Source: Squalus acanthias
Taxonomy: Eukaryota
Assembly (NCBI GenBank): GCA_030390025.1
Contig: JASTWF010000331.1
Span: forward strand, 124,001-188,000
DNA length: 64,000 nt
Direction: 5' to 3'
Shown: positions 53,290-64,000 of the stretch, piece after piece
How positions within the stretch are numbered: position 1 is the stretch's first letter
Layout: every line of letters starts with the position of its first letter
Notes under the pieces: model-generated
The model's database searches: none
What the model was told of the DNA's origin: nothing
The model's input: only the letters and a program-made list of their open reading frames with translations
Program-made: the position numbers and the translations under genes

Positions 53290-54774
53290 GCTGGATTTAC
53301 TGAGTTATTTTCTATCAGTAAATCTATTTCTGAATTTCATGATGGCAGTTGAATTAAATGATTATCGTTTAAGTATAAACTGATAAATGATACTTAATCT
53401 TATATTTTAATGATTATTCGTAAAATTATTTTGTGTTGTCAGAAAAAAGTTTCCTGTTGGTCCCATGATCCAGGTGTATAGACACATACAATTCAATAAC
53501 AGGAACAGATTTAGATGGTTTAAGACAATCTGATTTTCAGGGGTGACGGGGTCTATCTCCAACAAAGTGACTATTTTATTGATGTATTTCTGTAGATGCG
53601 GCGCTGCTTAATGTTCTGTACAGCTGGAACTGACGGTGGATTCAGTAAACCCGCAGTGTCAGGTCTGGTGGTGTAAAAATCCATTATTGGAATCGCAGCT
53701 TCATGGTTAGAAACACTGTCTGAATGTTCAGGGTTAATGTTCTTCACTAAACTCAGAACATGTGATGTTGGTTTTGTTATTTCCGTTTTCAGTTATTTTC
53801 GCTGGTGATTTCCTCTGTTGCCAGGGTAACGATCTGTCAGATCTCAGCGCAAGAGGCCTTGGCTCCAATTTATCACCAAAAGACCGTCAAACATTCAGTG
53901 TAAACTCCTGTCTGTGTACTCGGCAGTCCAGGAGTAGGAACCTGTTGTTTCTGACCAGTAGGTTATGCAGATACATAGAATTCGCAAGACTTCCTCTTGC
54001 CATGGTTTCGTAACAGTTCTTTATTAAATTTGATAACCTCTGTCACAATATATTTTGAGTTGGGAATATTGTTCCACATGTTATTCAGTTCTGGGCACCG
54101 CCCCTCAGGAAAGAGATGTTGGCCTTGGAGGGGATGCAGAGGGGATTCATTGGATGATACCTGAGCTAAAAGGATTAAATTATGAGGACAGGTTGCAAAG
54201 ACTAGGCTTGTATTCCCTTGAATATAGAAGATCAAGGGGTGATGTAATTGAGTTGTTTAAGATGATTAAAGGAGTTGACAGGAAAGAGAAAAACTATTTT
54301 TCCTCTGGTGGGGGAGTCCTGAACAATGAGGCATAAACTTCAGATTAGAGCTCGGCCGTTAAACGGTGATAGAACCATAGAATAATCGTCATGACACAGT
54401 AGAAGGCCATTCGGCCCGTCCAGCCCGTGCCGGCTCTCTGCAAGATCACTTCAGCTCAATCCCCCCGCCCTTTCTCCTAGACTTGTTTCTCTCTCCACGG
54501 ATGGTGCCTGACCTGCTCAGTGTTTCCAGCATTTTCTGTTGTTATTTCGGATTTCAACATCTACAGTATTTTGCTATTGTATTAATAGATATTTGTTGGG
54601 CATTAAGGGTGAGGGAACCAAGGCAGGTCCATGGGGTTAAGAAACAGATCAGCCATGGTCGAAATGACTGGTGGAACAGGTCGGAGGGGCTGAATGGCCG
54701 CCTTCTGTTGCTATGTTCCGATGAAGACCTCCCACCACTGGGGGAGCGATTGTGGTGCGTTCGTGCGGCATTAC

Positions 54775-55390
54775 CTTCCCGCGCAGGCGCAGTGCCGCGC
54801 CGTTGCTGATCCGGGCTTTGCTGTGGGCGGGGTTTGCGGGGGGCAGTGGGCGGGGTTTGCTGTGTGCAGTGGGCGGGGTTTGCTGATCCGGGGTTTGCTG
54901 GGGCAGTGGGCGGGGTTTGCTGATCCGGGGTTTGCTGTGTGCGGGGCGGGGCCGGTCGCGCGGGCCGGTGTGCGAGTGACGGTCAGAAACAGGATGGTTG
55001 CCCGGGTTACAGGGGCGGCGCTCTGTCACTGAGGGAACTCGGCTCCATTCAGCTCACGGCCCAGAGTTTAGATCACAGCGAGGGACGGAGGGGCTTCACA
55101 GTCTCACACTCCGGTTAGTAACCGCAGAGAAAATGACGCATTTCCGTCTACAGCAGTGAGAATGGGGGAGTCTGAGTTCTAATGTTTTATCACAGGGAGG
55201 GAGGTTAAAGTGTAACAGGCCCGGTTTGTAACGGAGGGGAGATTCCTGTCAGCATCAGCTCCCGGGGAATGAGCTGAACCGGCTCACAATACAGGGGCTG
55301 GGCCGGGGGTGGAGGGCGCGGTGGCTTCAGGCAGTGTGGACACAAAATGGAGCATTTCCGTCCATAGCTGTGAAAATTTACTGTGAGGAA
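54775..55390 (+). promoter_or_regulatory. Promoter / first-exon cassette P6 (inverted)
   Basis: NRF1-like site, GC boxes and CGGTTAGTAACCG at 55112-55124. The YY1-like motifs are mutated. Confidence 0.55.
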
Positions 55391-55454
55391 AAAATAAAAA
55401 CAGACAGCCCCAGAACTGAGGGTTTGGAGAGAGGAGGGAGTTAGAATGAAACTA

Positions 55455-57845
55455 CCAGTGAGATCTGACAGTGTTTAACCTGGGGAGGATGGGCCCAGTG
55501 CGATCAGACAGTGTGTAACCCGGGGAGGATGGGCCCAGTGCGATCAGACAGTGTGTAACCCAGGGAGGATGGGCCCAGTGCGATCAGACAGTGTGTAACC
55601 CAGGGAGGATGGGCCCAGTGAGATCAGACAGTGTGTAACCCGGGGAGGATGGGCCCAGTGAGATCAGACAGTGTGTAACCCAGGGGAGGATGGGCCCAGT
55701 GAGATCAGACAGTGTGGAACTCGGGGAGGATGTGCCCAGTGAGATCAGACAGTGTGGAACCCGGGGAGGATGTGCCCAGTGAGATCAGACAGTGTGTAAC
55801 CGGCCCAGTGAGATCAGACAGTGTGTAACCCGGGGAGGATGGGCCCAGTGAGATCAGACAGTGTGGAACTCGGGGAGGATGTGCCCAGTGAGATCAGACA
55901 GTGTGTAACCCAGGGGAGGATGGGCCCAGTGAGATCAGACAGTGTGGAACTCGGGGAGGATGTGCCCAGTGAGATCAGACAGTGTGGAACCCGGGGAGGA
56001 TGTGCCCAGTGAGATCAGACAGTGTGTAACCGGCCCAGTGAGATCAGACAGTGTGTAACCCGGGGAGGATGGGCCCAGTGAGATCAGACAGTGTGTAACC
56101 TGGGGAGGATGGCCCCAGTGAGATCAGACAGTGTGTAACCTGGGGAGGATGGCCCCAGTGTGATCAGACAGTGTGTAACCTGGGGAGGATGGGCCCAGTG
56201 AGATCAGACATTGTGTAACCCGGGGAGGATGGGCCCAGTGAGATCAGACATTGTGTAACCCGGGGAGGATGGGCCCAGTGAGATCAGACAGTGTGTAACC
56301 TGGGGAGGATGGCCCCAGTGAGATCAGACAGTGTGTAACCCGGGGAGGATGGGCCCAGTGAGATCAGACAGTGTGTAACCCGGGGAGGATGGGCCCAGTG
56401 AGATCAGACAGTGTGTAACCCGGGGAGGATGGGCCCAGTGAGATCAGACAGTGTGTAACCTGGGGAGGATGGGCCCAGTGAGATCAGACAGTGTGTAACC
56501 CGGGGAGGATGGGCCCAGTGAGATCAGACAGTGTGTAACCCTGGGGAGGATGGCCCCAGTGAGATCAGACAGTGTGTAACCCGGGGAGGATGGGCCCAGT
56601 GAGATCAGACAGTGTGTAACCCGGGGAGGATGGGCCCAGTGAGATCAGACAGTGTGTAACCCGGGGAGGATGGGCCCAGTGAGATCAGACAGTGTGTAAC
56701 CCAGGGAGGATGGGCCCAGTGAGATCAGACAGTGTGTAACCCGGGGAGGATGGGCCCAGTGAGATCAGACAGTGTGTAACCCGGGAGGATGGGCCCAGTG
56801 AGATCAGACAGTGTGTAACCCGGGGAGGATGGGCCCAGTGAGATCAGACAGTGTGTAACCCGGGGAGGATGGGCCCAGTGAGATCAGACAGTGTGTAACC
56901 CGGGAGGATGGGCCCAGTGAGATCAGACAGTGTGTAACCCGGGGAGGATGGGCCCAGTGAGATCAGACAGTGTGTAACCCAGGGAGGATGGGCCCAGTGA
57001 GATCAGACAGTGTGTAACCCGGGGAGGATGGGCCCAGTGAGATCAGACAGTGTGTAACCCGGGGAGGATGGGCTCAGTGAGATCAGACAGTGTGTAACCC
57101 GGGGAGGATGGGCCCAGTGAGATCAGACAGTGTGTAACCCGGGGAGGATGGGCCCAGTGAGATCAGACAGTGTGTAACCCGGGGAGGATGGGCCCAGTGA
57201 GATCAGACAGTGTGTAACCCAGGGAGGATGGGCCCAGTGAGATCAGACAGTGTGTAACCCGGGGAGGATGGGCCCAGTGAGATCAGACAGTGTGTAACCC
57301 GGGGAGGATGGGCCCAGTGAGATCAGACAGTTTGTAAAGCGGGGAGGAAGGGCCCAGTGAGATCAGACAGTGTGTAACCCGGGAGGATGGGCCCAGTGAG
57401 ATTAGACAGTGTGTAACCCGGGGAGGATGGACCCAGTGAGATCAGACAGGGTGTAACCCGGGGAGGATGGGCCCAGTGAGATCAGACAGTGTGTAACCCG
57501 GGGAGGATGGGTCCAGTGAGATTAGACAGTGTGTAACCCGGGGAGGATGGGCCCAGTGAGATCAGACAGTGTGTAACCCGGGGAGGAAGGGCCCAGTGAG
57601 ATTAGACAGTGTGTAACCCGGGGAGGATGGGCCCAGTGAGTTCAGACAGTGTGTAACCCGGGGAGGAAGGGCCCAGTGAGATTAGACAGTGTGTAACCCG
57701 GGGAGGATGGGCCAAGTGTGATCAGACAGTTTGGAAAGCGGGGAGGAAGGGCCCAGTGAGATCAGACAGTGTGTAACCCGGGGAGGATGGCCCAGTGAGA
57801 TCGGACAGTGTGTAACCCCGGGGAGGATGGGCCCAGTGAGATCAC
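55455..57845. repeat. 40-bp minisatellite, ~59 copies
   Basis: Unit GGGCCCAGTGAGATCAGACAGTGTGTAACCCGGGGAGGAT. Confidence 0.97.
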
Positions 57846-58056
57846 ACTGCAACTGTTTATATAAAGCACAGAAAGTAAATTGCACATTTGCGCCCAAAAC
57901 TCTGGGGATATTCAGGAAACCGGGCTCTGGATCTGAGGAAAGGGAAAAATCAACAAAATACTCGGCCTTGAAATTTAATTTTAGTTGGCAGAATAAATTC
58001 TACATTACATTATTTCACGATTTCAATATTCTCATTTTCTCCTCTGCCATAATTAG

Positions 58057-58223
58057 ATCTTCCGGTGAATGACGGAGTGATTGAGGAAGGTCCACAGCTG
58101 GAAGTAAACAGGGATTGTAGACTGAGGAACAGCAGCAGTTGAACCAGCACAGGATTGTGAGAACACCAACCAGAGAGAACCCTTCCGATTCCAAGAGCTT
58201 CCAGAGATCGACTGGGGAGAAAG
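58057..58223 (+). other. Candidate non-coding exon (167 nt), copy 6
   Basis: TTCTCATTTTCTCCTCTGCCATAATTAG| ... AAG|GTCAGA. Confidence 0.55.
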
Positions 58224-58701
58224 GTCAGAGAAAGTCTTATTAACTCCGGTAAACACTGGTCCTGGAGACAGTACACAAAGGTTACAAAGTGAGGCAGGTA
58301 TTGGTGAGAATGAGAGTGGGAGTGTCTGAACACTGAGCACAATTATCCAGCATGTGGCTGTGCAATGGAATTTGAAGTGAGATCAGTTTCTGTCTCTAAA
58401 CACACATTCACAAGTAAATCTTGTGTATGTTTTTGAGTAAAGGGGTTTGATCTAAGAGGTGACTCTGGGGTAGAGTCTGGGGCAGAGCCCAGCAGATGGA
58501 CACGTGTCTGTTTGTTAGGTGGGGCTGAACTCACACCGACACCATCAGATCTCAGTGTTTAAAATATTTCAGTCTGGTGACAGATCAAGGGGAAAGATTG
58601 AACAGGGAAACTAATTAAAATCAATTCATTGAACACGATTCAGAGACCAACCTATAGCCTGTGACCAGCAGATATGGAGTATTGTCAGATAGTGATTACA
58701 T

Positions 58702-60632
58702 CAGAAGTAGGAGCAGGAGTAGGTCACACAGCCCCTCGAGCCTGTTCCGCCATTCAATAAGATCATGGCTGATCATCGACCTCAACTCCACTCTCCCGCC
58801 CGATCTCCATATCCCTGGATTCCCCGAGAGTCCAAAAATCTGTCTCTCTCAGCCTTGAATGTACTCAAAGACTCAGCATTCACAGCCCCCTGGGGCAGAG
58901 AATTCCAAAGATTCACAACCCTCTGAGTGAAGAAATTCCTCCTCATCTCAGTCTTAAATGGCTTACCCCTTATCCTGAGTCTATGCCCCCTAGTTCTAGA
59001 CACTCCAGCCAGTGGAAACAACCTCTCAGCATCTACCCTGTCAATTTCTTCAGAATCTTGTATGTTTTAATGAGATCACCTCTCATTCTTCTAAACTCCA
59101 GAGAGGATAGGCCCATTCTACACAATCTCTCATCCCAGGAATCAATCTAGTGAACCTTCGTTGCACCGCCTCCAAGGCAAGTATATCCTTCCTTAGATAA
59201 GGAGACCAAAACTGTGCACAGTACTCCAGGTGTGGTCTGACCAATACCCTGTACAATTGTAGCAAGACTTCCTTACTCTTATACTCCAACCCCCTTGCAA
59301 TAAAGGCCAACATGCTATTGGCTTCCTTATGCTTGCTGTACCTGCATGCTAGCTTTCTGTGTTTCTTGCACGAGGACACCCAAATCTCTCTAAACACCAA
59401 CATTTGTAAGTTTCTCACCATTTAAAACGTATTCTGTTTTTCTATTCTTCCTCACATTTCCTTACATTATGCTGCATCTGGCAGCTTACTGCCCACTCAA
59501 TTAGTCTATCGATATCCCTTTGCAGACTCTGTGTTCCCCTCACAGCTTACTGTCCCACCTAGATTCGTATCGTCAGCAAACTTGGATACATTACACTCGG
59601 TCCCTTCATCTCGGTCATTAATATAGATTGTAAATAGCTGAGGCTCCAATACTGATCCACTAGTTACCCCTGCCAACCTGAAAAAGATCCGTTTATCCCT
59701 ACTCTCTGTTTTCTGTCCGTTAACCCATCCTCTATCCATGCTGCTATATTACCCCCAACCCCATGAGCCCTAATCTTGTGTAATAACCTTTTATGTGGCA
59801 CCTTATCGAATGCCTTTGGAAAATCCAAATATTCTACATCCGCTGGTTTCACTTTATCTACCCTGCTAGTTACTTCCTCAAAAAACTCTAATTTGTCAAA
59901 CACGATTTCCCTTTCATAAAAACATGTTGACTTTGCCTAATCATGTTATGATTTTTAAGTGCCCTGATACAACTTCCTTAACAATGGATTCCAGCATTTC
60001 CAAACCACTGATGTCAGGCTAACTGGCCTGTAGTTTCCTGTTTTCTCTCTCCCTCCTTTATGGATAGCGGTGTTACATTTGCGACCTTCCAATCCGCTGG
60101 GACCGTTCTAGAATCTAGGGAGTTTTGGAAGATCGAAACCAAATCATCCACTATCTCTTTTAGCACCGTAGCATGTATGTCATTAGGTCCAGGGGATTTG
60201 TCGGCTTTTAGTCCCATTAGTTTCTCTAGTACTTTTTCTCTACTTATATTAAATAGGTTAAGTTTTTCAAACTTGGTTCCGCACCATTTTTAGTATGCTT
60301 TGTGTGTCTTCTACTGTGAAGACAGGTACAAAGTATTTGTTTAAGATTTCTGCCATTTCCTTATTCCCCTTAATAATTTCTCCTGTCTCAGCCTCTGAGA
60401 GACCAACGTTTACTTTTACTACTCACTTCCTTTTTACATACTTGTAGAGGCTCTTACAATCTGCTTCTATATTTCTTGCAAGTTTTCTCTCATTCTATTT
60501 TTTCCCTTATCAATTTTTTGATCAACCTTTGCTGGTTTCTGAAAATCTCCCAATCCTCAGACTTACTATTATTCTTTGCAACATTATAAGCTTCTTCTTT
60601 GAATCTAACGCTATCCTTAACTTCTTTAGTTA
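58702..60632 (-). mobile_element. Degenerate CR1 ORF2 (tether, RT and 3' end), cut off by the G-rich array
   Basis: KSPGP, WKVANVTP, LDFPKAFDKVPH, FADD, RPHLEYC. Confidence 0.93.
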
Positions 60633-63600
60633 GGGTGGGGGGTGGAGGCCTGGGCCAGTGAGGGTGGGTGCGGAGTGCTGGGGCGGCGGGCTGCTGGGCC
60701 AGTGGAGGGGGTGGGTATCTGGGCCAGTGAGGTGGCGGGGAGCTGGGCCAGTGAGGTGGTGGAGGCTGGGCCGGTGGAGGGGGTGGGTATCTGGGCCATT
60801 GGAGGGGGTGCTGGGGGCTGGGCCGGTGGAGGGGGTGGGTATCTGGGCCATTGGAGGTGGTGGGGGCTGGGCCGGTGGAGGGGGTGGGTATCTGGGCTAG
60901 TGAGGTGGTGGGGGCTGGGCCGGTGGAGGGGGTGGGTATCTGGGCTAGTGAGGTGCTGGGGGCTGGGCCGGTGGAGGGGGTGGGTATCTGGGCTAGTGAG
61001 GTGGCGGGGGGCTGGGCCGGTGGAGGGGGAGGGTATCTGGGTCAGTGAGCTGGCCGTGGGCTGGGCCGGTGGAGGGGGTGGGTATCTGGGCTAGTGAGGT
61101 GGTGGGGGCTGGGCCGGTGGAGGGGGCGGGTATCTGGGCCAGTGAGGTGTCGGGGGCCTGGGCCAGTGGAGGGGGTGGGTATCTGGGCCAGTGAGGTGTC
61201 GGGGGGCTGGGCCAGTGGAGGGGGCGGGTATCTGGGACAGTGAGGTGTCGGGGGGCTGGGCCAGTGGTGGGGGTGGGTATCTGGGCCAGTGAGGTGTCGG
61301 GGGCCTGGGCCAGTGGAGGGGGTGGGTATCTGGGACAGTGAGGTGACGGGGGCCTGGGCCAGTGGAGGGGGTGGGTATCTGGGAAAGTGAGGTGTCGGGG
61401 GCCTGGGCCAGTGGAGGGGGTGGGTATCTGGGACAGTGAGGTGGCGGGGGGCTGGGCCAGTGGAGGGGGAGGGTATCTGGGCCAGTGAGGTGGCGGGGGG
61501 CTGGGCCAGTGGAGGGGGAGGGTATCTGGTCCAGTGAGGTGGCGGGGGGCTGGGCCAGTGGAGGGGGAGGGTATCTGGGCCAGTGAGGTGGCGGGGGGCT
61601 GGGCCAGTGGAGGGGGAGGGTATCTGGGCCAGTGAGGTGGTGGGGGCTGGGCCGGTGGAGGGGGCGGGTATCTGGGCCAGTGAGGTGTCGGGGGGCTGGG
61701 CCGGTGGAGGGGGCGGGTATCTGGGCCAGTGAGGTGTCGGGGGGCTGGGCCAGTGGAGGGGGCGGGTATCTGGGACAGTGAGGTGTCGGGGGGCTGGGCC
61801 AGTGGAGGGGGTGGGTATCTGGGCCAGTGAGGTGTCGGGGGCCTGGGCCAGTGGAGGGGGTGGGTATCTGGGACAGTGAGGTGTCGGGGGCCTGGGCCAG
61901 TGGAGGGGGTGGGTATCTGGGACAGTGAGGTGGCGGGGGGCTGGGCCAGTGGAGGGGGAGGGTATCTGGTCCAGTGAGGTGCGGGCGGCTGGGCCAGTGG
62001 AGGGGGAGGGTATCTGGGCCAGTGAGGTGGCGGGGGGCTGGGCCAGTGGAGGGGGAGGTTATCTGGTCCAGTGAGGTGGCGGGGGGCTGGGCCAGTGGAG
62101 GGGGAGGGTATCTGGGCCAGTGAGGTGGCGGGGGGCTGGGCCAGTGGAGTGGGTGGGTATCTGGGCCAGTGAGGTGGTGGGGGCTGGGCCGGTGGAGGGG
62201 GCGGGTATCTGGGCCAGTGAGGTGTCGGGCGGAAGGGGCGGGTATCTGGGCTAGTGAGGTGGCCATGGGCTGGGCCGGTGGAGGGGGCGGGTATCTGGGC
62301 CAGTGAGGTGGCGGGGGGCTGGGCCAGTGGAGGGGGTGGGTATCTGGGACAGTGAGGTGGCCGGGGGCTGGGCCGGTGGAGTGGGCGGGTATCTGGGCCA
62401 GTGAGGTGTCGGGGGGCTGGGCCAGTGGAGGGGGAGGGTATCTGGTCCAGTGAGGTGGCGGGGGCTGGGCCAGTGGAGGGGGAGGGTATCTGGGCCAGTG
62501 AGGTGGCGGGGGGCTGGGCCAGTGGAGTGGGTGGGTATCTGGGCCAGTGAGGTGGCGGGGGGCTGGGCCGGTGGTGGGGGCGGGTATCTGGGCCAGTGAG
62601 GTGTCGGGGGGCTGGGCCAGTGGAGGGGGCGGGTATCTGGGACAGTGAGGTGTCGGGGGGCTGGCCAGTGGAGGGGGCGGGTATCTGGGACAGTGAGGTG
62701 TCGGGGGCTGGGCCAGTGGTGGGGGTGGGTATCTGGGCCAGTGAGGTGTCGGGGGCCTGGGCCAGTGGAGGGGTGGGTATCTGGGACAGTGAGGTGACGG
62801 GGGCCTGGGCCAGTGGAGGGGGTGGGTATCTGGGAAAGTGAGGTGTCGGGGGCCTGGGCCAGTGGAGGGGGTGGGTATCTGGGACAGTGAGGTGGCGGGG
62901 GGCTGGGCCAGTGGAGGGGGAGGGTATCTGGGCCAGTGAGGTGGCGGGGGGCTGGGCCAGTGGAGGGGGAGGGTATCTGGTCCAGTGAGGTGGCGGGGGG
63001 CTGGGCCAGTGGAGGGGGAGGGTATCTGGGCCAGTGAGGTGGCGGGGGGCTGGGCCAGTGGAGGGGGAGGGTATCTGGGCCAGTGAGGTGGTGGGGGCTG
63101 GGCCGGTGGAGGGGGCGGGTATCTGGGCCAGTGAGGTGTCGGGGGGCTGGGCCGGTGGAGGGGGCGGGTATCTGGGCCAGTGAGGTGTCGGGGGGCTGGG
63201 CCAGTGGAGGGGGCGGGTATCTGGGACAGTGAGGTGTCGGGGGGCTGGGCCAGTGGAGGGGGTGGGTATCTGGGCCAGTGAGGTGTCGGGGGCCTGGGCC
63301 AGTGGAGGGGGTGGGTATCTGGGACAGTGAGGTGTCGGGGGCCTGGGCCAGTGGAGGGGGTGGGTATCTGGAACAGTGAGGTGGCGGGGGGCTGGGCCAG
63401 TGGAGGGGGAGGGTATCTGGTCCAGTGAGGTGCGGGCGGCTGGGCCAGTGGAGGGGGAGGGTATCTGGGCCAGTGAGGTGGCGGGGGGCTGGGCCAGTGG
63501 AGGGGGAGGTTATCTGGTCCAGTGAGGTGGCGGGGGGCTGGGCCAGTGGAGGGGGAGGGTATCTGGGCCAGTGAGGTGGCGGGGGGCTGGGCCAGTGGAG

Positions 63601-64000
63601 TGGGTGGGTATCTGGGCCAGTGAGGTGGTGGGGGCTGGGCCGGTGGAGGGGGCGGGTATCTGGGCCAGTGAGGTGTCGGGCGGAAGGGGCGGGTATCTGG
63701 GCTAGTGAGGTGGCCATGGGCTGGGCCGGTGGAGGGGGCGGGTATCTGGGCCAGTGAGGTGGCGGGGGGCTGGGCCAGTGGAGGGGGTGGGTATCTGGGA
63801 CAGTGAGGTGGCCGGGGGCTGGGCCGGTGGAGGGGGCGGGTATCTGGGCCAGTGAGGTGTCGGGGGCTGGGCCAGTGGAGGGGGTGGGTATCTGGGCCAG
63901 TGAGGTGGCGGGGGGCTGGGCCAGTGGAGGGGGAGGGTATCTGGGCCAGTGAGGTGGCGGGGGGCTGGGCCAGTGGAGTGGGTGGGTATCTGGGCCAGTG
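60633..64000. repeat. G-rich 48-49-bp minisatellite, ~69 units, runs off the window
   Basis: Unit TATCTGGGCCAGTGAGGTGGCGGGGGGCTGGGCCAGTGGAGGGGGAGGG. Confidence 0.97.

Noticed and set aside
53339..53385. Possible C/D box snoRNA (ATGATGG...CTGA)
   Set aside because: Imperfect C box, too short, and not conserved in paralog D.
55455..57845. CRISPR-like array (also considered for the 61-bp and 28-bp arrays)
   Set aside because: Head-to-tail repeats without unique spacers, eukaryotic context, and no cas genes.
1..59529. Inverted repeat as a sequencing fold-back artefact
   Set aside because: The arms differ by many substitutions, indels, insertions and repeat copy numbers. A misjoin at the satellite still cannot be excluded.
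60630..63717. Pro-rich/extensin-like ORFs, and similar ORFs over the GC-box arrays
   Set aside because: Translations of G/C-rich minisatellites with shifting frames.

Overview
Vertebrate genomic DNA. The CR1 and Penelope repeat content resembles a cartilaginous fish, which is an inference. No intact host protein-coding gene is supported. The window is an ampliconic locus. One unit (CpG-island-like promoter cassette, a 167-nt AG/GT-flanked non-coding exon, a 61-bp minisatellite, conserved AT-rich sequence, and embedded CR1 LINEs and Penelope pieces) occurs as direct copies on the left: A ~1.65-14.2 kb, a TE-poor copy D ~14.4-19.3 kb and B ~19.7-30.3 kb. An inverted copy C lies on the right (~45.2-55.4 kb), and 57.9-59.5 kb is the reverse complement of 1-1.6 kb. 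The axis of this large diverged inverted repeat holds a ~14-kb 28-30-bp satellite whose + strand is almost stop-free, which produces the spurious >4000-aa ORFs. Other content: degenerate full-length CR1s (ORF1 Zn/zipper-esterase, ORF2 APE-RT), Penelope GIY-YIG/pLTR fragments with five minimal hammerhead motifs, and 40-bp, 23-bp and G-rich 49-bp minisatellites. Coordinates of degenerate element ends are approximate and copy numbers are estimated as length divided by unit size.
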